Shown here one piece after another: positions 24,352 to 34,800 of a DNA stretch of 64,000 bases. A program made the position numbers and the translations under genes. This stretch comes from Raillietiella orientalis (Eukaryota). Every line of letters starts with the position of its first letter. Positions within the stretch are counted from its first letter, which is position 1. The stretch lies in NCBI GenBank assembly GCA_036172245.1, contig JAYWIR010000001.1:372001-436000 (forward strand). Reading direction: 5' to 3'. The notes below the pieces were generated by a model that was given only the letters and a program-made list of their open reading frames with translations, was not told the DNA's origin and did no database searches.

Positions 24352-24639
24352 GTTCAGGGAGACAACTCCCCCGTCCGCTCGTGCTATCCTGTCGAATTGA
24401 ATTTGGTGATGCCGTATAAGCGGGAGCAGTGGATCTTTGACAGCAAGAAGAGCGAGAGACAAAAATTATTGGCATTCCTCTTAGCACGTTTATTTTATCA
24501 GGCAATCTTGCTTAAACTCTTTGCATAATGTAATAAGGAAAAAAATGCATCGTTCTCTGAAGGGTTTCCTCTTCTTTTGGCAGCTTCAGTTGATGCACAT
24601 CCTCTTGAACACGTGGCTTGGTTTACATCCCTAGCCCCA

Positions 24640-25260
24640 GTGCTTCCCTCCCTAAGAAACCCTAGGAATAGCAACGAACTGGCATTGCGGGAAGTGTCCT
24701 GCCTAATTGGAGACAGGAAAAACTTTTGAAAGGACAACTCGACAACTAGCGGACACTGCGGTCCCGAGTATCCTGCCTAAAGGACTTCTACGCTGGGAAG
24801 AGCTGCTAGGAATCCCTTTGGAGGAGAAGTGGCCCCCAGCGTGTTGGAACAGTGGCACCCTCCCCCTGAAATGGCAAGAGACGGAGCTGCTGTTGTTGCA
24901 TTGGGAATCCCATACTTGCACGCCTCTCCCACTAGACACTAGGGGCACTAGGAAGTGTGGATGCCCGTTGTGCAGAGTGCGGCGAAAGGGGAACCTTCCC
25001 GCATCTCTTAATAGAAGTATCTCCCTCAATGCACTTTGGGATCGACTCGCTTCGATTCTGAATCTTCTAGCAGGCGACCCGAAAGACATTTTCTGGTGCC
25101 GCTTCATGCGTGATGCCCTGCCCCCGTCGAGTCAACGTCGAGGAAGACGTGGTCGACGCTGTGGACCATTCCCTCCGCACCTTCGAACAAGAGTGCGCGT
25201 ATGGCGGCGCACAACTCGTTCATCGCGTTCCCCTGTGCTCCGGGCTGATCTGAGTGCAGG
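24640..25260 (+). mobile_element. 3' ORF2 fragment of L1/Tx1-like element
   Basis: QLADTAVPSILPKGLLRWEELLGIPLEEKWPP...TLPLKWQETELLLLHW...CGCPLCR, homologous to the 1.96, 8.4, 29.8 and 31.1 kb copies. Confidence 0.8.
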
Positions 25261-25264
25261 TGGA

Positions 25265-25930
25265 GGTTGTAGTTTATCACTCGGTCACGCCGGGGCGTTT
25301 ATTTATAATAAACCGGTCAGGGCCAATGTCCCCAACCAACGAAACGACAAGGAACAAAGAGAAGTTACCGGCACGCAGGCCTGGTAAACAAACCGCTTGC
25401 AACAATGAAGGAGTAAAGGGATAACAAAACAAAAATACAAAAACTGGAGGGAAGAGTAACGGGTCTTTGGTGAGGCTCCGTACTCACGGGGATTCAAAAG
25501 AGAGAGCACCTGGAACGTTCCGGAGCCTAAGGGGACGGAAGTGTAAACAAAAACAAAAAAACACACACAAAAAAGAGAAACCAATTCATGGGGGCGAGGG
25601 GAAAGGGTCACCGGAGATTGAAGTCTCCCGCAATCAGGTGGACCTTTTGCACGTTCGTGTCCGCCCGCCAGTCGCGCTTCAGGGTATCCAGCAACGCATT
25701 GCGGTCGCGATATCCCTGTTTACCGCTAGGAGCGTACACGTTTGTGACGATCAGATCGATAGAGTCGGACTACCTGAGAGTCAGCGGGCCTACCCGACCG
25801 TCGTCGTCGAAGCGCACGCCCTTCACGGCAGCGTCGACTGCTGGCTTCATGAAAAACGCGACGCCACAGGTGTTGCGGGCGCCGCATTGCCACAGCAACC
25901 GTCCCCCCGCCATTGTTCGAACGGGCATTC
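25265..25930 (-). mobile_element. AP-endonuclease (APE/EEP) N-terminal fragment joined directly to the family stop codon and 3' UTR
   Basis: Minus frame 25930-25608 reads GARNTCGVAFFMK...RFDDDGRVGPLTLR*SDSIDLIVTNVYAPSGKQGYRDRNALLDTL...HLIAGDFNLR* (GVA, DGR, NVYAP, GDFN motifs; one in-frame stop at 25770-25772). Followed by GGTGACCCTTTCCC, T tract, CTGCGTGCCGG and AATAAA (25298-25303). Confidence 0.85.
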
Positions 25931-25998
25931 TTGCGCTCCGGCTTTGGAGTTTTTGCGGTTGTTCTTTTTTGGGTGTGGTGTTGTTTTTCCATTTGGAA

Positions 25999-26844
25999 AT
26001 GAAGCCAACGCCTGCTTGTGTGGATGTGGAGGAATCCCCCTGCCCTGCAGGTCCTTCTTCGGAGGGAAGTGGAGCCTCCACTGTTCTTCCCTCGCCTCCA
26101 GCAAGAAGTTTTGCCGCCGTTGGCAAGGCAGAGGCGGCTAACGGCACCCCACCGGACGAGGCAGAGCTGCGGGCATACGTAGCCCAATGTTACAAGCCCG
26201 CGCTCTCCTACAAGGTAAGCGCCTTGTATTCGGATGGGACGGGAGACCAGCTCTGGAGCGAACTGGAGCGCGTCGCGGTCCGCGAGCACGATCTCCTGGC
26301 ATTTATGCCGGTGAGCGCGCTTGGGCATTGGGAGGTGCACTGCAAAGATGCAGCCCTCGTCCAGCGCCTGCTCCGAACGCCCCTTAAAATCAGGGGTAAG
26401 GAGGTCGTCCCCTCGGCCCTGGACCAATCGTTCGTGGTCCAGCTCTCGGGCATTCGGCCGAGAATCACGGACTGCGAACTGATCGTTGCACTGGAGGCGT
26501 TCGCCACCGTGCACGCATTGTGGAGGCGCGTGAACCCCGTGAAGAAGATTGCGCGCCTCTCTTGCGGACTCGCCACGGCGCGCGTCACTATGGACGACCG
26601 AAGGCTGCTGCCTTCGCAGATCCTCCTTGGTGACGACGTCGTGTTTCTTAGGTTTGCTGGGCAGACTCCGGCGTGCTCCGCCGTCCGCGCCCAATCCAAT
26701 TTCTTGCCCGACGACGGGGCGTCGGGCAAGAAATCCGGTGCGAACGAGGCTCCGCAGCGGAAAAGTGTGCCGAAGTCCGATTGCGCGGGCGTTTCTGGGG
26801 CAAAACACCCCAAAAGTCCGCGCAGAAGGGCAAAAAGGCACTGA
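25999..26844 (+). CDS. Tx1-type ORF1 (zinc knuckles deleted)
   Basis: ATG at 25999; RSFAAV, YKPALSYKV, VHALWRR, LRFAGQTPAC. Aligns with ORF1 at 14 kb up to the first knuckle Cys. Confidence 0.8.
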   Translation: MKPTPACVDVEESPCPAGPSSEGSGASTVLPSPPARSFAAVGKAEAANGTPPDEAELRAYVAQCYKPALSYKVSALYSDGTGDQLWSELERVAVREHDLLAFMPVSALGHWEVHCKDAALVQRLLRTPLKIRGKEVVPSALDQSFVVQLSGIRPRITDCELIVALEAFATVHALWRRVNPVKKIARLSCGLATARVTMDDRRLLPSQILLGDDVVFLRFAGQTPACSAVRAQSNFLPDDGASGKKSGANEAPQRKSVPKSDCAGVSGAKHPKSPRRRAKRH

Positions 26845-27719
26845 ATGCTGCAAAAGCAAGCCCCGCGAGACGCAGCCTCCCGAAAACAAACAAATCCGGC
26901 AAAAGACCGCACAACCATCTCCGTCCGTTCCCGCTCTGGAGCAAAATAGCGGTGGCACGCGCGGGAAGACCACTGGTGTCCAGAAAGGGGTCGCGCGCCC
27001 TTCCGCCCGCGAAAGGCAAGCCGTCCACGGCGAACCGACCCTCGGGAAAGGCTGCAAAGCCTCGCGCGATTCCCCAGAATCCCGCCACTATACCCGCACC
27101 TTCAGGTAAGGAGGTGCAAAAGGCAAACGTGGCGAGGGAGCAACTGGCCGCGATCGCCCCTCAGGAGGCCTCGAAAGGATGCAAAGGACCCTGCAGACCC
27201 TCGCGTCCAGCCGAGGCAACCGAGAGGACGGCGAAGCAGGCTGGACTTTTGTGGGGGGGAGGAAGAAGGATAGGAAACCAAGAGATCCTTTCCACTTCCC
27301 CATCATAAAGGTAGTGGGGTGAAGAGATAGCTCCGCGCGCCAAAGGCGCACGAAAAAGCCTCCGCTGCAGTTGCGCGCGCCATCGCTGTCTCCCGCGGCG
27401 AAAGGAAGCTGCCGATGCCGCGACCACGAGAGGGGTATTGGCGCCGGCGGCACCCTCTACGAATGCTGGACCAGCTTCAAGCTGCCAGCAAAAGAGACGG
27501 CAGGCAAAACATCTGCCGCGTGCGCGAAATTCGGACTCCGAGGTGGAGTACGAGGGCAGCGCAAAGGCGTGCCAAGATCCGGTTAAACGCAGGGCTGCGC
27601 GCAAGCCGAAATTTTCCAGTCGAGAGCCTGATGCCGGGAACGGTTCCCGATGCTCCTCGGAGCCCGAGGCAATGGTCCTCCTTGTATGCAAGGGAGCCGA
27701 CGGAACTCAGTCTGTCTCT

Positions 27720-28960
27720 TCAAGCTGCTTCTGCCGGCGGATGCCCCTGCTGTCGACGAGGAGGAACGTGCCACTTTGGACTTGCCCTTCACGACGGAAG
27801 AAGTGTCTTTCGCCATAGCGGGCCTGAAGAGGAGAAAGGCGCCAGATGAGGATGGTCTGCCTGCGCAGTTCTACCAGTGCTTCGCGGCGGAGCTCATCCC
27901 TCTGGTGCTGAGCCTTTCCGCGCTGATGCGGGAGACGGGAGATGTTCCCGTTTCCTTCCGCTCAGCAAAGGTGCGGCTCCTGCCGAAAGGCGGGGATTTG
28001 CGCCACCTCAACAACTGGCGTCCGATCACCTTGGTGAATTCGGACGTCAAGTTGTTCTCGAAGCTATGGATCGCGCGGCTGAGAAGAATCACTGAGTCCT
28101 TGGTAAGTCCGGAGCAGACGTATGCTGTTCCGGGGCGGTCCATGGACGAGAATCTCTTCTTCCACAAGGCGCTCGACTACGTGAACCAGGAACTCCTTCT
28201 GGAGCTCCTGGAACGCCTCGGTCTCCCAGTGCACCTCGTGGCCTATTTGCGCTCCTGCTGGCGCTTCACGTACATCAACATCAATTTCAGCTGCTGGCAC
28301 GTGTGCGGCGTGCCGGTTCGTCGTGGCATTCGGCAGGGTGACAGGCTGAGCCCCTTGCTCTTCAGCATCTACTTCGAGTTGGTGCTGAGAGCGTACAGGG
28401 AGACTTTGGCAACCCTGCCGAGCTCGTGTCCCGGCACGCCTGCCGTGTCGGTCTACGCCGACGACCTTCTGCTCCTACTACCCGGGACCAACCCGGCATC
28501 GGCGCTCAAAAACTTCTTTGAGCTGCTGCGCCGCGGGACGGGCCTGGAGGCAAACAGGGAGAAGTCGTCGTTACTTGCAACGAACACGTCGTGGGGCGGA
28601 CGGTGGGATTGGATCCGCTTGGAGATTCCCACGGGCGGGTACTTCAAGTACCTTGGCGTTCCGTTGGGGGACTTCTGCGCTGCAGAAGCCTGGTCCTACC
28701 GTCTCCAAAAGGTGGAGTTGGAGATCCGCCCGTTCCGGGACGGCAAGTTTTACTTACAGGAATGGGTTGCGGTGTGGAATGCCTTTGCGGCCCCCTCCTT
28801 AGCCCCCTACTTTTTGTGTGCTCCGCTTCTCCCCAAATCAGGACACGGACAAGGGGCCTCATCAGGAAAGCCCTTTGGGGCAACCGGAGGTCCCGCGTCC
28901 GACTTAAAGACTTCTGCGCTCTACGCAGGGACGGTGGACTTAGACTGTTGACGTGGCCTG
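27720..28960 (+). pseudogene. Reverse transcriptase (L1/Tx1 type) with internal deletion removing the motif-A aspartate
   Basis: KAPDEDGLPAQFY, NWRPITLVNSDVKL, RRGIRQGDRLSPLLF, VYADDLLL, KYLGVPL. ENLFF joins directly to HKALDYV, whereas the 12.6-kb copy has about 42 extra codons including AVDL. Confidence 0.9.
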
Positions 28961-28999
28961 GGAGGGGCAGTCCGACTCGATCTGCCGGGGGGTCCCGAC

Positions 29000-30555
29000 C
29001 GCTACGTCTTTGAAGTACTTAGGTGTCCTGCTGGGGACATCAGTCCAGTGGAAGCGTGGTCGGACTGCCTTCGGAAGGCTGCCGGTGCTCTGAGCCCGTT
29101 CCATTTTGGCAGGTTCCGGAGCGGGCCTCTGTTTGGAACACCTTCATTGCCCCCCTCTTACGCCCCCTGTTTTTTGTTTGTCCGCCCCCCTACTCGGCCA
29201 AGCTCCAGGCACGAAGCCTGTTGAGAAACGCTCTGTAACGACCTGCAAGGTCCAGGATCCGCCTCACAGACTTGGTGGCTCCACGTCGGGATGCCAGCTT
29301 GGGCATCCTGACGCTGGAGAGAATAGAACTGCAAGTGCAGTTTCGAATGTTGGCCCTGTGCGCAAACCTTTGGTTCACTCCTTGGTGTGCTCCCGCGCGC
29401 CTGCTACTGTGGCGCTGCGCCGGCAGCGAAGGACTTTTCTCGTTGCTGCAGCATACGGAGCGCGTCACGAGAAGCTTCCGTTTCCCTCTGAAACCCATCT
29501 ACCGGCTCCTGGTAGCCCACATATGGATCTCCTACTGCCCAACGAACTTTAACGCCTGACGGCAGGAACCCTTGCATGCCTGGGCAAGGCAACAGGATGT
29601 TTAGCGTTTGGAACTCCGTTGCGTCAACCTCTCTCCGTACTGTACGGTAGAGGAGGTCATGAACAACCAGGAGAAGTGGACTCGCCTGGCCGTCACACCC
29701 CTCGCCGATGCGCTGTCAGCCCTCAGGGCAAGTAATGACAGTTGCCTACCGGCGAGGTGAGAAGTCGCCTGCACCATCGCAGGAGCAACCCGACCCATGG
29801 TCGGCTGGAGTACTAGCGAGCTGGCAAACGCCGCCAATATCTCGAAGGGACTCCTTCGGTGGAGCGAACTCTTGAGTGTGCCCCCCGAAGAACTTGTGGT
29901 CCCTCTCTCGTGCGCGAACACTTCTGTGTCCCCCTTACGTGGAAACAGGACGTCATCCTGCTGGTGCATTGGGGTTTCCATTGCAACCAGCGCACGAACC
30001 ATGTTTCCGGGGGAGGTGTATTCCCGAAATGTGAAAGGTGCGGAGTAGTCGAAACGCTCCCGCACCTGCTTTTGCACTGCGGTGTCCTCCACGGACTGTG
30101 GCGGAGGCTGGCATCAGCTCTCCTGCTGCAGGGGGACACCGCAAGGGATTTGATGCTCCGCTTCTTCACGCCAGGAGGCCTGTCCTTAGGTGCTCTTATT
30201 GCAACGGTCTGTTGCACCCGCGTCATCGACAAGGCCCACCGAGAGCTGGAGAAGCAGGCGATTCGTCGAAAGGCCACCGGAATAGCCGACGAGAACATGA
30301 CGTCGGCTGCCGAGTGGATCCATCTTCCGGAAGACGTGAGGAACGAGATCTCCGGCACCCAACTCCGGTTTTGAAAAGAAGGAACGGCCGACGCCAAAGA
30401 TCCCTGTCCCCCACCCTCCACATATTTCTATTTATATTCTTTATACGTGTATTTGTGGTCCCATCCCACCCATTCCGGACTTTCGGTTTACCGACCTGCG
30501 TGTCGGGGATCCCTCCCTTCGTTTTTCTGTGCCCTTTGTCCGGGAACTCTGTTCC
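29000..30555 (+). mobile_element. 5'-truncated copy of a second L1/Tx1-like subfamily (thumb to zinc finger to partial 3' UTR)
   Basis: Second KYLGVLLG motif at ~29013, VWNTFIAP, RDASLGILTL, CERCGVVETLPHLLLHC; 3' UTR cut off before AATAAA. Confidence 0.85.
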
Positions 30556-31880
30556 AAAAGAAAATAGAAAATAAAAACACAGACTTTGGCGTGTTGAGAA
30601 GGGATCACTGACCGCTGGGAGGAGGGTCCATCGTTTGCAGGATGCCTTCGAGTTCCGTCTGAATTCTGCCGAGGTGGAATCATCGAGTTGCAATCCGCAG
30701 TTAGCGGACTGCAAGTTCGACGGCATCCCTCTCGTGGTTTGGTCTTCTAATTTCGCTCCAGAACGTCACAATCCCTCAGATGCAGCAGAGTGCTGCCAGA
30801 TCTGCGGCTGGTCGCAGGGCGTTCTTGCACGAAGAGAAGCCGAAAAACATCTCTGAGCTGGCTGCCCGGGATCCACAGGGAAGTACCAAGACGTTCTCAC
30901 AAGGGCTGGAGGGCAGCGCAGTCCGATAGCAGATGGGGGAGGGATTCCTTCTTCCCGCACACTGCACACTTCTGTCCCACCTTCCCCAACGTTCAGTGGT
31001 GGCAGCGCGCGTTGCAGGGAAGACCCCAGTGCAACAGCAGCAGCGCCGATTCCTGCACTTCAGGGGGAGGATCCTTGATGCGTTAAACACCGGGGGCCAC
31101 TTCAGGTCATCCGTCGGGATGCCGAGCAGCTCGCCCCATCTCATTAATCCACGCGGAAGGACGCTCGGGGTGGCGGCGTCTGCCAGCTGTCCCATGGTCC
31201 AACCCCTTAACTTCTCTCTGCCTGAGATATGGCAGGAGACTTGCCACCTCGGCGTCCGGCTGCTGAGAAGCGCCCTCCTCAGGAACAGCATAGCCGTAGC
31301 TAGGGTAGTCGTCTCAGCCCACGTGCTGCTCGCGGGATACTCTAGTATCTTCCGCAGATTGTGGCGGGCGTGGAAGCCGTTTCACGTCTCGTGGCTCCTC
31401 TCGTTTAACTTCGTCCACGTTCCAGTTGTTTCCTCCAGCCAGGCGGAGGAGTTGGCGGGGCTGCCTACCATCCAGCCGTTCTCCTTGGCCAGTGTGGCCA
31501 TGCGTCCGAGGAGAAGGCCGCATCTTTTGATCTTCCGGCCACGGCACAGAAGATAAGACGCGAGTCCTTGCGTCGCAGATACACGGCTGGCGAGGAGGCA
31601 GGCCGGAACGCACCAAGGGGTGCTCCAGTACTTCGCTGCAATGGCCATGGTACGCGATCGCAGCTGGATCTCCATCCACTCCAGCGTCAGGAGGCCAAGA
31701 CCGCCGTCCCGACGCGGAGCTCACAAGTCCTTCAACGGGACTCGGGGCCTCCCGTTGCCCGACAGGGAGATACGGAAGAGGTCCTTCGTCCGTTTCTTGA
31801 ACTGTGAGGGGGACGGGGCAAACGAAAAACAGGGGGTGGAGGATGAGGGCCGCGAACGCGTTCTACAGCGCGGCCGACGT
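30556..31880 (-). mobile_element. 3' half of ORF2 of L1/Tx1-like element, tail-to-tail with the preceding copy
   Basis: KRTKDLFRISLSGNGRPRVPLKDL, KYWSTPWCVPACLL, QLADAATPSVLPRGLMRWGELLGIP, CAVCGKKESL..LLSDC zinc finger; ends QTMDPPPSGQ* within CAGTGATCCCTT. Confidence 0.85.
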
Positions 31881-32489
31881 TGCACTTGATTCAACACGAA
31901 AAAGTTGAAGATTGCGTTCGGGGAAATTGGCAAGGGCTTGGTAACAGACTTCGCCACCGGGCTCACATTGAAGAACATCCAAGATGCTCAAGCTGATGAA
32001 CTTGACTTAGTGTTTGACGCCGAGATAATTATCGTCTAGGTTGAGGAATGGTGACATCATCAACCTGAACACAGGCATTTATGGCTTTCGTTTTCCGTCT
32101 TTGTATAATTCCGCGCTATAGTTCCATATCGAGAATAATTGGTCGCACAAGGGAGGCTTCTTTCAACAAATACTCTTTTTGCCTTAGGCTACTCGTTTTT
32201 GATGTATTTTAATAGTATTTTCTTTCATGTGCCTGTCTGGATTCTTTAATTCCCGGGACTGATCAGGTGAATCTCTGGTTTGACAGAAGATAAGGAAGTT
32301 GTGCTTCATTTCACTAGTTCGCATCGTTTCGTAGTAACCTCTGACATGATAATCAGCAGAACTACTTCCGAGGAGTTTTTGCAATATATTTCAGATTTTG
32401 GACTCATATTGGGCCGTTATTCATTTTCGACACTCACTTTTCTGAGATTTGGAATCCCGTCTCCTACAGTAGACCGTCATTCCTTGTAT

Positions 32490-32900
32490 TCCATACAGGA
32501 ATTTCTTCTCCGGAGGGAACCCCAAAGGATCCGCTCCTGTTCACTCCACTGAAGAGAACCCCGAAGGGACGTTTCAGAAACTCAGAAGGGGAGCTGCAGC
32601 TTCCCGCAGGGAATCGCTCTCGCTTGCTTCCTTGTCCACACTTTGTGAAGAGGCGACGACTCGGAGGACTCCCCAACAGGGGGGTCCGCTCCTTTGAACA
32701 ACTGGAGAGGTGCCCGTGAGGGCTCCTGCTCCATCTTGAAACCGGAGGGGTTCTACCGGTGAGGGGGGTCCGCTCTCCGTTGCACGACCAGAGGGGGAAC
32801 TCCCCACTCTTGCCAGGACGGTGTAGTGTCCTACCCGCCTGGGCCTCAGTGTTTCAAAGCCACCTAGAGGTCACCACAACGATTGTGCGTTGTCTGATGT
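32490..32900 (-). repeat. Degenerate partial copy of the long tRNA-derived SINE family
   Basis: GGAATTTCTTCTCCGGAGGGAACCCC, CTGAAGAGAA, CTGGAGA and CCGGAGGGG blocks are shared with 61800-62010 and 54250-54480. Confidence 0.5.
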
Positions 32901-33849
32901 ATGTGTCTGTAGTGTGCATGATCATTGAATTAATCCAACCCGCCGTGACTCAGGCTGGGTGAATGAAGTGCCATTCGTTGTATGCTCTGATTCTTGCAAT
33001 CATATGAAGCCAAAAGATGGACGGTTATCCGATATCGCTCCCTATTTTACAGCCACTTGGAATGAAAAAATGAGGTGAAATGACTGGTAGTTCATTGATT
33101 GTGTAATTTATTACATTAACCTCTATCATCCAGCTGGAATGACAGATCCCTTGCATAACCTCCCTCGTGTCATATTTGCAGCTTGCGGTACTCCAAATAT
33201 TCTGCAGTTCTCATCCGCGTTTCTCCTAAAACTTCCTTACCATAAATTGGTTTTGCAAGACATCTATTAAAGTAGATATCCTTCAACTTAAACAAGCTCC
33301 AATTTTTTCACCGGTTACAATAATGATCCATTACTAAAGCTGTTAATATCACCAATGCTATGTATATTTTGTGTACCAAATTGTGTTCAGTGATTCACCA
33401 CAGCGACGTTTTCCTAGCTTATAATAATTAACTTTTAAATTGGTAGCATGGTAGGAAGACTGTGCCAGGTGGGACTGTGTTATTTAGAACTTCAGAATCC
33501 AGCTTCATCCAACTTCAATCCAACAACTTCAACTTCATAAATCTAGAAGACTCTTTTCGAACGAGGTGACTCTTGAAGGCTGGAGAGGAAAGATAAGATG
33601 AGATTTTAGAAAGGGTAATCGCCAACAGATTATGAGGGATGGATCTTCGTGGTTGGAGTATTAGTTAGCAAATTGCAATGATACTGGAATTAAAAAAAAG
33701 CAGTTACTTGAGGAAACACAGCATCATTTTCACAGAGGGTTCAGATTGATATGAGAGGGATTTGTGATCTGGATGTGGAATTAGATTTCCGGAAGTGTGG
33801 GAGATTTATGGTTGGAGTCTGTTCAACTAAGAATCTTATATGACTTGTG

Positions 33850-34800
33850 TCTAGATTAGTGTGAGGTGAGTCTCCTCCATGATGATTTCTTAGATAGGAA
33901 TGTAATGCACGACTCCAGCAAAGGTGATGCAATACAACATTTTCCCTTTGTACCCCTCAGAGCACCAATCAAGTAGGTGCGGTAGGAGTAGCGCAGAGGG
34001 TAAACTTTGCTTGCCTCAAGGTAGGCCGTTCTCTTCAACTAAGTGATGCTGAATCTTCGTTCCGAAAAAAACACTCCAGCAATTCGGCATTGTGAGACCT
34101 CCGTGGGAAATGGACGCAAAGTTTCTGTTTTGCTGCCACCGCCCTGTCCACAGCCTACGCTTCTCGTTTCACCACGGGAGTCTTCCTAGAGCCTCCGAGA
34201 AACAGCGTTTTCCTTGACACCAAGCGTGGGTCCGTACAGCCAGGCACACCCTCACGTTCATATCAGGCCATCTGATTTTCGGACTGCAGTCTAAACGTTG
34301 GCTCGGCTGTCGCTAAGATTTGTTCGGGGCGGTTGCGCGGGCGGCGCGATCGTGTCCAGGCTCAGAGACAAGCGGGAGTTGCATGCTGTCCAGCACTCCT
34401 TCTCAGTTGATGCTGAAGGCGTGTAGGGAACATCTGGAAACGCCATTGAATTCCTGTTGCCCTGCGCCAACTGCGGGAGAAGGAACTACTAAGATTGGGT
34501 GTCTGTGCGTCAGCTGGAAGGGAGTCCACGGTTGTATCTGTAGGAGTCTTGTGGACCGTATAGCAGTCTTGCATTTTGTACTTGGAATATGAGCGTCTCC
34601 GCTCAATAGCGGCGTCCATATGTGGATGGGGACTTCCTCTTGCCTGAGGATGGAACGTTTACTTTGATGCTGCCTACTCTTGCTCTGTCTCCCGTCTGCC
34701 GTATTAAGCAGAGTGGAAGCACGTAGGGCTGCATGGCGTTCCAAGTCTGACCTAAGAACACTGTTACCGCGAATCGTGATGTCAAAGAACGATGCTCCAG
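33850..34800 (-). mobile_element. Possible highly decayed DIRS/tyrosine-recombinase retroelement remnant
   Basis: Weak motif echoes only: VFLGQTWNAMQPYVLPLCLI (DIRS methyltransferase-like W...Y.FPP..LI), and KVYPLRYSYRTYL plus HLCWSRALHSYL (YR C-terminal-like). Confidence 0.25.

Noticed and set aside
25726-27057. 443-aa antisense ORF over ORF1 (also 13319-14347 and 11653-12327)
   Set aside because: Shadow ORFs on the opposite strand of GC-rich coding sequence; no motifs.
800-32010. Hammerhead ribozyme cores (CTGATGA at ~856, ~1990, ~7566, ~31994; reverse at ~806, ~20200, ~28860)
   Set aside because: No properly spaced GAAA with supporting stems seen; a covariance-model search would be needed to exclude variants.
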